Source: Christensenellales bacterium (GTDB lineage Bacteria; Bacillota; Clostridia; Christensenellales; UBA1242). Taken from it: DNA of 24,000 nt. Positions 14,639 through 21,974 of this stretch are shown here, piece by piece. Both the position numbers and the translations under genes were made by a program. Position 1 is the first letter of the stretch; each line of letters opens with the position of its first letter. A model generated the notes under the pieces. It was not told the DNA's origin. It searched no databases and worked only from the letters and a program-made list of their open reading frames with translations. Location: contig JBMNOM010000007.1 of NCBI GenBank assembly GCA_050943075.1, forward strand, positions 1 to 24,000, written 5' to 3'.

Positions 14639-14763
14639 TTGTCATTTTTTTTATTTATTGCAAAATTAACAAAAATTCAAATATAAACAACAATGGTATA
14701 TTTTGCTTTTTTCTCCAAAAAATAATAAAGATAACAATTATAACTTTAACTTGGGAGAATTTT

Positions 14764-15993
14764 ATGTTTAAAAAAGTTGTTTTAAAATCTTTGGGGTTGG
14801 TGTTTGCAGTTGGATTTGCAATGCTTGTTTATAACACAGATTTTTCAAATGTTTTCACACAACCAAATGGCAGTTATATAACTTATGATGATGTGTCGCA
14901 AATTAATGAGGACGCACCTTTTGGCAAGTTTGTTTCTGCCGCTTTAAATGAAAAAGAAGTTAAAGTGGGAAATGAAATTGTTAAGCAGTCCAGTTTAAAA
15001 TTCAAACTTTTTGGATTTTTAACCTTAAAAGAAGTAAGTGTGCATCTTGCAGACGCAAAGCTTGTTTATGTTGGAGGCATTCCACTTGGGTTTGCGCTTG
15101 AAACAAAAGGTGTGATTGTCATTGGCGAAAACAGTGTGTTAACAGCGGAAGGCGATATAATTCCACACAAAAGTGAAAAATTTGTTGCAGGTGACATTTT
15201 AACAAAAATTGATGATAAAAGTATTATTGGCGCTCAAAGCATTGTTGAAGCACTTGCAGATTGTAAAGGTGAGGAATTAACAATCACAGCAAAACGCAAA
15301 AACAAGGAATTTAAAGTTAATTTAAAGCCTGCACTTGACCTTGAAAGCGGAAAATATAAACTTGGGCTTTGGGTGAGAGATGATGCCTCTGGTGTGGGCA
15401 CATTAACTTATGTTGACAAAGACACACTTGGCTATGGGGCGCTTGGGCATCCAATCACGGATTATGAAACTGGCGCTGTGGTGCCTGTTCAAGACGGCAA
15501 AATTTACAACTGCACTTTGGTGGGAATTAATAAAGGGGAAAAAGGAAAACCGGGTGAGCTTCGTTGCTTGTTTATGCAAGGCAAAAACCACAAAGGAAGT
15601 GTTAGTAAAAACACTCAAAGCGGAGTGTTTGGAAAAATTGAAAATTTGAAAGGAATTGTTGATGAAAACTTGATGGTGGAAATTGGTGGAAGAATGAGCG
15701 TGAAACCCGGACTTGCAAAAATTGTGAGTTCTGTTAGTGGTGTGCGTGAAGAATATGAAATTGAAATCATTAAAGCCAACAATCAACGCAAATTAAGTGA
15801 TAAGGGGCTTATTTTTAGAGTTAAAGACAAACGCTTGCTTGAACTCACTGGCGGCATCTTGCAAGGCATGAGCGGCAGCCCAATTTTGCAAGATGGCAAA
15901 CTTGTTGGGGCAGTCACACACGTGTTTTTAAACGACCCAACAAAAGGCTATGGCATTTATGCTGAATGGATGCTTTATGAAGCAGCAATTTAA
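14764..15993 (+). CDS. spoIVB: SpoIVB peptidase (S55 family, PDZ domain), sporulation signalling protease
   Basis: 409 aa with an N-terminal membrane anchor and a PDZ-like segment (GDILTKIDDKSIIG). The catalytic regions GTLTYVD...YGALGHPI and QGMSGSPILQDGKLVGAVTHVFLNDPTKGYGIYAEWM closely resemble B. subtilis SpoIVB as I recall it. Bacillus-like position after recN. Confidence 0.88.
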   Translation: MFKKVVLKSLGLVFAVGFAMLVYNTDFSNVFTQPNGSYITYDDVSQINEDAPFGKFVSAALNEKEVKVGNEIVKQSSLKFKLFGFLTLKEVSVHLADAKLVYVGGIPLGFALETKGVIVIGENSVLTAEGDIIPHKSEKFVAGDILTKIDDKSIIGAQSIVEALADCKGEELTITAKRKNKEFKVNLKPALDLESGKYKLGLWVRDDASGVGTLTYVDKDTLGYGALGHPITDYETGAVVPVQDGKIYNCTLVGINKGEKGKPGELRCLFMQGKNHKGSVSKNTQSGVFGKIENLKGIVDENLMVEIGGRMSVKPGLAKIVSSVSGVREEYEIEIIKANNQRKLSDKGLIFRVKDKRLLELTGGILQGMSGSPILQDGKLVGAVTHVFLNDPTKGYGIYAEWMLYEAAI

Positions 15994-16078
15994 TGTGATA
16001 AAGCACAATTAAAAAACTCAATTAAAAAACAGAATGAAACAAAATAAAAAGCAAAAAAAGAATAGATAATATTAATAA

Positions 16079-16108
16079 AAAACAACTTAAAAACAAGTTG
16101 TTTTTTAT
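16079..16108 (+). terminator. intrinsic terminator after spoIVB
   Basis: Stem AACAACTT (16081-16088) / AAGTTGTT (16095-16102), followed by a T-run. Confidence 0.75.
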
Positions 16109-16180
16109 TGCTGAAAAACATAAAATTTAAAGCACTCATGTGCTTTTATGAAAATAAAAAAAATGAAAATAAACTTAATC

Positions 16181-16205
16181 TTCTTGTTTAAATTTTAAAC
16201 AAGAA
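16181..16205. promoter_or_regulatory. perfect 25-bp palindrome, candidate operator
   Basis: TTCTTGTTTAAA-T-TTTAAACAAGAA has 12-bp perfect arms around a single central base. There is no adjacent T-run, so it is not a terminator. It lies about 145 nt upstream of the 16348 start. Confidence 0.5.
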
Positions 16206-16347
16206 AAAAGTGTAAAATATAAAAATATTTTAATGCTGAAAAGAAATAAAAACCAACAATTTCGCTTGTAAAAAATGTGCTTATATTTTTTAAAAGTCAA
16301 TTTAATGTTTTTGTTATTTTTCTTAAATTTCGACATATTTATATATT

Positions 16348-16968
16348 ATGAAATCATCCTATTATGGCAAAGCTTCATCTTTAAAATTTAGTTTGCTTTC
16401 TTTTGTTAGAAAGAACAAATTAAAGCTTATAATTCTTGCTGCAATTTCTGTTTTGGCGCTTGTCACAGGAGTTTTTTCTGCAATTAAATATCTCAATGGC
16501 GAAACGGCAATCATCTTCAGCGATTTTGGGCTTAAAGAACTTGCAAGCGGAAACAGTGGAACAAGTGCAATGTTTTTTCAAAGACTATGGTCAATTTTGG
16601 CTGTTTTAACTTTGCTTATGCTTCTTTCACTTCATGCTGTTCTTTTTGGAATTGGCACAATTGTTGTGGTTTACCGCAGTTTTTTGCTTGGGCTTAATGT
16701 GACATTTATAATTATATTGTATGGCTTCAGCGGAATAATCACTGGCATTTTAATCATTTTCCCGTTTCAACTTTTAATGCTTTGTCTTATGATTGAGTTT
16801 TTTGTTTTGGCAAGGGATAGGTGTGTGACAAAGTCAAAATATGGCGCAAAAACAGGAATTAATTTGTTTTTACTTTTCTTAATTTTCTTGTGCGTTTTGG
16901 CAATTGTTAATTTACTTGAAACAATTTTGCTTGTTTTAACAAGTGCAAAAGTTATTTTAATTATTTAG
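16348..16968 (+). CDS. polytopic membrane protein, possibly SpoIIM-family
   Basis: 206 aa with a basic N-terminus, then about 5 hydrophobic helices. The size and layout (first TM, extracytoplasmic loop, then a tight TM cluster with IFPFQLLMLCLMIEFF) are reminiscent of stage II sporulation protein M. No recognisable SD precedes the ATG. Confidence 0.5.
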   Translation: MKSSYYGKASSLKFSLLSFVRKNKLKLIILAAISVLALVTGVFSAIKYLNGETAIIFSDFGLKELASGNSGTSAMFFQRLWSILAVLTLLMLLSLHAVLFGIGTIVVVYRSFLLGLNVTFIIILYGFSGIITGILIIFPFQLLMLCLMIEFFVLARDRCVTKSKYGAKTGINLFLLFLIFLCVLAIVNLLETILLVLTSAKVILII

Positions 16969-17012
16969 CATATCACTATATATTGTTGTGTTATAAAATT
17001 AAATATCAACAA

Positions 17013-17032
17013 GTTGTGGTGTTATGCAAACT
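17013..17032. repeat. 20-nt exact repeat, copy 1 (GTTGTGGTGTTATGCAAACT)
   Basis: Identical to 21951-21970. A related copy, TTGTTGTGTTAT, lies at 16983-16994 just upstream. Confidence 0.9.
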
Positions 17033-17044
17033 TTTTTAAATTTT

Positions 17045-17072
17045 AAAGCGCTTTTAAAAAGCGCTTTTTTGT
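17045..17072 (+). terminator. intrinsic terminator after the membrane protein gene
   Basis: AAAGCGC (17045-17051) / GCGCTTT (17061-17067), followed by a T-run. Confidence 0.7.
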
Positions 17073-17126
17073 TTTTATATTATGTTTTATATAAATATAT
17101 CTTAAAATAAATAAACTTTAAAATTC

Positions 17127-17155
17127 TTGCAAACTATACGTGTTTATGGTAAAAT
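17127..17155 (+). promoter_or_regulatory. sigma-A promoter for smc-ftsY
   Basis: TTGCAA (17127-17132), 17-nt spacer, TGGTAAAAT (17147-17155). It overlaps the track-predicted smc start at 17140, which argues for the downstream GTG start. Confidence 0.55.
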
Positions 17156-17184
17156 TAGGTGTTATTTTTAAGGAGATAAGTAAA

Positions 17185-20100
17185 GTGCATTTTAAACAAA
17201 TTGAAATTGCTGGTTTTAAATCTTTTGCCGACAGAATTGACATTAAGTTTGATTCTGGCGTGACTGCAATTGTTGGACCAAACGGCTGTGGTAAAAGTAA
17301 TGTTGCCGATGCCATTCGATGGGTGCTTGGCGAACAAAGCAGCAAACAGCTTCGTGGCTCCAGCATGCAAGATGTTATTTTTAATGGAACAAAAAAAAGA
17401 AAAAGTTTATCATACTGTGAAGCAACTTTAACTTTTAACAATCAAGATAGATTTTTTGATTTTGATTATGATGAAGTGGCTGTCACAAGAAAATTGTATC
17501 GCTCTGGCGAAAGCGAATATTTAATTAACAAACAACAATCAAGGCTTAAAGACATCATCAACTTGTTTTACGACTCGGGCATTGGAAGAGATGGCTATTC
17601 TATCATTGGGCAAGGTAAGGTTGAAGAAATTATTTCCTCAAAACCAGAAACCCGCAGATTGATTTTTGAAGAAGCGGCTGGAATTGCAAAATATAAAAGC
17701 AGAAAAGTTGAAGCAGAGAGAAAACTTGAAAGAACAAAAGATAATCTCACCAGATTGCGTGACATTATTTTTGAACTTGAAAAACAACTTGGGCCACTTA
17801 AAAAACAAGCGGAAACAGCAAAAAAATATTTGGAATTTAAGCATGAACTTAAAGATTTGGAAGTTAATGCTTACATTTATCAATTTGAAAATGCAAGCCA
17901 AGCAAAAAAACAAATTAATGACAAATTAAACGGAATTTTGGAACAACTTGATTTGCGCCAAGCGGAATATGACCAAGTTAATGAAAACTATGAAAAAAGC
18001 ATGCTTGAAATTGAACAACTTGACAGCAAAATTAATGCTTTGCACCAAAAGATTTTAACACTTACTGTGCAACTTGAAAAACAATCGAGCGAAGCAAGAG
18101 TTATTAAAGAAAGAACAATTTATTTGCAAGAACAAAATTTGCGTCTTGCAACCGACATTGGTCATGCAGAATTAAAAATTAAAAGCGCACAACTAACAAA
18201 ACAAGAAAAACAAAACAAAATTTATGCACTTATGCAAGAAGAAAAAGTTTTGCAAGCTGAAATTGAAAAAGCACAATCAAACCTTAATGAAGTGCTTTCA
18301 AAACTTGATTTTCTTGAAGGGCAAACAGCGCAAGACACAAAAAGCATTTTGGACTCGGTTGAAACTTTAACCGACATTAAATCTGCAGTGTCTTCATTGA
18401 AAGCAGAAAGAGAAATGCTTTTGTCTTCACAAACTGAAACAAAAGACAAAATTGCCTTCATTGAAAATAAATACAATGAATTTACAAAAACAAAAGAACA
18501 AATTAAAGAAGTTTACTCTAAAGCAAAAGCGCAAAGTGAAGAGTTTGAAAAGAATCATGGCATTTTGACATTTAAGCTTTCATCATTAAACAACGAACTT
18601 AAAGAAACAGAACAAGAAAAAACAAACCTTTTTGCCAAAGTTCAAGTTTATGAAAACAGAAAAAGGCTTTTAACAGAAATGCAAGCTGAATTTGAAGGCT
18701 ATGCACACAGCGTTAGAAAACTTTTGAAAGAGTCTGAAAGGTCACCAGAAATTAAAAACAAAATTATTGGTGTGCTTGCAAACTTAATTAAAGTGCCTGT
18801 TAACCTTGAAACTGCAATTGAAGTTGCACTTGGTGCAGCAGTGCAAAACATTGTCACATTTGACGAAAAAGGCGCAAAACAATTAATTGAGCATTTAAAA
18901 CAAAACAATTATGGCAGGGCAACATTCTTGCCAATCACAACAATGAAACCAAGGTCACTTTCAAATTACGAGCTTAATGCTTTAAACATGAAGGGCGTGG
19001 TTGGAGTTGCAAGCCAGCTCGTGCATTTTGACAAACAAATTTCATCTGTAATTGAAAACCTTTTGGGCGCTGTGATTATTGTTGAAAACCTTGATGTTGC
19101 ACTTGAACTTGCAGCAAAAATTAATTACAGTGCAAAAATTGTCACACTTGATGGCGGCGTGGTGAACACACAAGGCTCATTAACAGGTGGGTCAAGAAAA
19201 GACGATTCAGCAAACTTAATTGCAAGAGAACGTGAAATTCAAACACTTGCAAAAGAAATTGAAAAAGTTAAAATTTTGCACCAACAAACACTTGAAAAAA
19301 TTAAAAATTTGACAGGAATGATTAAATCCATCACTGGTCAAATTGAAGACAACTCACTTCTTAAAGCACAAGCAGACATTGTGCTTGCAAAAGAAAACGA
19401 AAAATTACTTTCCTTGCAAAACACAATGCAAACTTATGAAAATGATAGGCTTGAAAACCAAAACAAACTTTATGCAATTGCAATTAAACTTGAAAAAATT
19501 GAAAAAGATTTAATTTTGCTTGCAGAGAAGGAGAAGGGTTCTAAAGTTGTTTCCACAACAGACTTTTCCGAAAAAGACAAACAACGTTTGGAACAATTAA
19601 ACACGCTTAAAGAACAAAGAGATAATCTTCAACACCTTTTAACTCAAAACAAAATTAAATTTGCAAGTTCAAACACAGAAAGCCTTTCATTGCAAGAAGA
19701 TATTAAACGCATTGAGGAAGAAATTGTTTCAACCCAAATTATGCTTGAAGGCAACAAAAATGTGTTTGAAAAGAATAAAAACACAATTGAAGAGGCAAAC
19801 TTACTTTTACGAAAAGAACTTGAGCAAGCGTCCAATTCAGCAATTGTTTCCGAGCTTGAAAAAGCAAAACAAAACCAACAAAACTTGTCTTCAAATAAAC
19901 AAAATATGCAAAATAATGTTAGGGCTTTAAATGAAGAAAGAACAGTTGTTTTAAACACAATCTCAAATTTGAAAGAAAAGAAATTTGCTCAAGAAGCTGC
20001 ACTTACAAAAGTTGACACAGACATTGAAACCATGCAAGAACGCATTTTTGAAGAATATCAACTTGACTATGAAGCTTGCTTGGAATTCAAAAAAGAAAAC

Positions 20101-20793
20101 TTTGATTTAAACCCAGCAATTCAAGAAATTAACAGGCTCAAACGCGAAATTAACAAGCTTGGTTATGTTAACGTTAACGCAATTGAAGACGTTAAAGAAG
20201 TTGCAGAAAGATATACAACTCTTTCAACACAAGAAGCCGATCTTCTTAAAGCAGAAAACGATCTTAACGAAATTATCACTTCACTTTCAAAAGAAATGGA
20301 AGATAAGTTTAAACAAGAGTTTGACAAGATTAATGCCAACTTTAAAGTGACATTCCGTGAACTTTTTGGCGGTGGAAATGCTTCGCTTGAACTTCTTGAC
20401 CCAGAAAACGTGCTTGACTCTGGTGTGGAAATCAATGCTGAACCACCAGGAAAAAATCTTAAGAGCATCACACTTTTATCAGGTGGAGAAAAAGCATTAA
20501 CAGCAATTGCAATTTTGTTTGCAATTTTAAAAATGCGTCCAATGCCTTTCTGTTTGCTTGACGAAATTGAAGCCGCGCTTGACGAAGCCAATGTTCAACG
20601 TTTTGCTGAATATTTAAAGAAATTTGCAAAAACAACACAATTCATTGTTATCACTCACAGAAAACCAACCATGGAACTTGCAGACTCATTGTATGGTGTG
20701 ACCATGGAAGAAGAGGGTGTTTCAAGAATGGTTAGCGTTAAACTTAGTGATGCGGTTTTAAACGCGAAGTCTGAGGCCGAGGAGGCAAGTTAA
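17185..20793 (+). CDS. smc: chromosome partition protein SMC
   Basis: In-frame GTG start at 17185, 9 nt after AAGGAG (17170-17175), gives [17 protein letters not shown], the canonical SMC N-terminus. It has Walker [23 protein letters not shown], long coiled coils, the hinge (GYAHSV...GRATFLP), signature [12 protein letters not shown] and Walker [13 protein letters not shown]. Confidence 0.95.
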   Translation: MHFKQIEIAGFKSFADRIDIKFDSGVTAIVGPNGCGKSNVADAIRWVLGEQSSKQLRGSSMQDVIFNGTKKRKSLSYCEATLTFNNQDRFFDFDYDEVAVTRKLYRSGESEYLINKQQSRLKDIINLFYDSGIGRDGYSIIGQGKVEEIISSKPETRRLIFEEAAGIAKYKSRKVEAERKLERTKDNLTRLRDIIFELEKQLGPLKKQAETAKKYLEFKHELKDLEVNAYIYQFENASQAKKQINDKLNGILEQLDLRQAEYDQVNENYEKSMLEIEQLDSKINALHQKILTLTVQLEKQSSEARVIKERTIYLQEQNLRLATDIGHAELKIKSAQLTKQEKQNKIYALMQEEKVLQAEIEKAQSNLNEVLSKLDFLEGQTAQDTKSILDSVETLTDIKSAVSSLKAEREMLLSSQTETKDKIAFIENKYNEFTKTKEQIKEVYSKAKAQSEEFEKNHGILTFKLSSLNNELKETEQEKTNLFAKVQVYENRKRLLTEMQAEFEGYAHSVRKLLKESERSPEIKNKIIGVLANLIKVPVNLETAIEVALGAAVQNIVTFDEKGAKQLIEHLKQNNYGRATFLPITTMKPRSLSNYELNALNMKGVVGVASQLVHFDKQISSVIENLLGAVIIVENLDVALELAAKINYSAKIVTLDGGVVNTQGSLTGGSRKDDSANLIAREREIQTLAKEIEKVKILHQQTLEKIKNLTGMIKSITGQIEDNSLLKAQADIVLAKENEKLLSLQNTMQTYENDRLENQNKLYAIAIKLEKIEKDLILLAEKEKGSKVVSTTDFSEKDKQRLEQLNTLKEQRDNLQHLLTQNKIKFASSNTESLSLQEDIKRIEEEIVSTQIMLEGNKNVFEKNKNTIEEANLLLRKELEQASNSAIVSELEKAKQNQQNLSSNKQNMQNNVRALNEERTVVLNTISNLKEKKFAQEAALTKVDTDIETMQERIFEEYQLDYEACLEFKKENFDLNPAIQEINRLKREINKLGYVNVNAIEDVKEVAERYTTLSTQEADLLKAENDLNEIITSLSKEMEDKFKQEFDKINANFKVTFRELFGGGNASLELLDPENVLDSGVEINAEPPGKNLKSITLLSGGEKALTAIAILFAILKMRPMPFCLLDEIEAALDEANVQRFAEYLKKFAKTTQFIVITHRKPTMELADSLYGVTMEEEGVSRMVSVKLSDAVLNAKSEAEEAS

Positions 20794-20794
20794 T

Positions 20795-21691
20795 ATGGGA
20801 ATTTTTCAAAAAATTTCACAAGCACTTAAAAAAACAAAAGAATCTTTTCAAAGAAAACTTGACGCCTTGTTTTCACATGGAGAACTTGACGACGAATTTT
20901 ATGAAGAATTAACCGACATTTTAATTTCTTCCGACATTGGCTTTGCAACAAGCGAAGAAATTGTGGAAGAGTTAAGAGCGTATGCTCGTGCAAACAAATT
21001 AAGAACAGCTGAAGAAGTTAGACACGGCCTCAAAGTTGTTATTAAACAAATTATTGATGAGGCAGAGCCAATTAGTTTTGAAAGCCCAACAATCATCACT
21101 TTTGTGGGTGTTAATGGGGTTGGAAAAACAACAACAATTGGCAAACTTGCTTCTCACTTCAAATCACAAAAAAAAGAGGTTGTTTTGGTGGCTGGCGACA
21201 CTTTTCGTGCCGCAGCTGTGGAGCAACTTTCAATTTGGGCAGAAAGAAACAAATTAAGAATTATTAAACACGAAGATGGGGCAGACCCAGCAGCAGTTGT
21301 GTTTGATGCAATTAAAAGCGCCAAAGCAAAACACACAGATGTTTTACTTGTGGACACAGCAGGCAGGCTTCACACAAAAACAAACTTGATGCAAGAGCTT
21401 GAAAAAATTAACAAGGTTATCACAAGAGAGTTTCCAGAAGCAAACCACAAAACACTTTTGGTGCTTGACGCAACAGTTGGGCAAAATGCAATTAGTCAAC
21501 TTGAAACATTTAATGAATATGTGAACATTGACGGAATTATTTTAACCAAACTTGATGGCACAGCAAAAGGTGGAATTGTTATAACCATTGCCCGCCAAAC
21601 AGGTTTGCCAGTTTGCTTTGTTGGTGTTGGTGAAGGAATTGATGACATTGAAGAGTTTTCTTCACAAGACTTTGTTGACAATTTGTTTTAA
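20795..21691 (+). CDS. ftsY: signal recognition particle receptor FtsY (NG domain only)
   Basis: 298 aa. The SD GAGGAGG lies within the smc 3' end. GTPase motifs GVNGVGKTTTIGKLA, DTAGR, TKLDGTAKGG. Confidence 0.95.
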   Translation: MGIFQKISQALKKTKESFQRKLDALFSHGELDDEFYEELTDILISSDIGFATSEEIVEELRAYARANKLRTAEEVRHGLKVVIKQIIDEAEPISFESPTIITFVGVNGVGKTTTIGKLASHFKSQKKEVVLVAGDTFRAAAVEQLSIWAERNKLRIIKHEDGADPAAVVFDAIKSAKAKHTDVLLVDTAGRLHTKTNLMQELEKINKVITREFPEANHKTLLVLDATVGQNAISQLETFNEYVNIDGIILTKLDGTAKGGIVITIARQTGLPVCFVGVGEGIDDIEEFSSQDFVDNLF

Positions 21692-21769
21692 TAATTGAAT
21701 TTTAAAAACCAATTTTATGAAAAATTTAACATTAAATTTTAAATTGTTTTAATTTAACAAAAAAAAGAA

Positions 21770-21800
21770 AACGCGACTATTTTTATAGTTGCGTTTTTTC
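21770..21800 (+). terminator. intrinsic terminator after ftsY
   Basis: Stem AACGCGACTAT (21770-21780) / ATAGTTGCGTT (21785-21795) with one G-U pair, loop TTTT, then a T-run. Confidence 0.75.
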
Positions 21801-21939
21801 ATTCTTATTTTATTATATTTACATAATATTTTCATTATGTTTTTATTAGTGTTTTATTGATTTTTTGCAAGTGTTTTTGTTGGATATATTTAGTTTGATT
21901 TATTGACATAATACAATTAATTGTTATGTTTTAAATTTG

Positions 21940-21970
21940 CACAACAATATGTTGTGGTGTTATGCAAACT
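21940..21970. repeat. hairpin plus 20-nt exact repeat, copy 2
   Basis: CACAACA (21940-21946) - ATA - TGTTGTG (21950-21956) hairpin. GTTGTGGTGTTATGCAAACT at 21951-21970 is identical to 17013-17032. It lies 5 nt downstream of the PBP stop codon on the minus strand. Confidence 0.9.
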
Positions 21971-21974
21971 AAAA

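Noticed and set aside
16311-16350. Leaderless mRNA or sigma-E type promoter for the 16348 gene
   Set aside because: The TATTTA/TATATT strings close to the ATG are indistinguishable from background AT-rich sequence, and CATATTTA matches the CATACA-T sigma-E -10 element only partially, with no properly spaced -35 element. This is too speculative to call.
17140-17184. Upstream 15 codons of the track smc ORF (and likewise 4882..4899 of the kinase-like gene)
   Set aside because: The 17140 start overlaps the predicted promoter -10 element and lacks an SD. GTG 17185 has AAGGAG upstream and yields the canonical SMC N-terminus. ATG 4881 has a better SD than GTG 4899.
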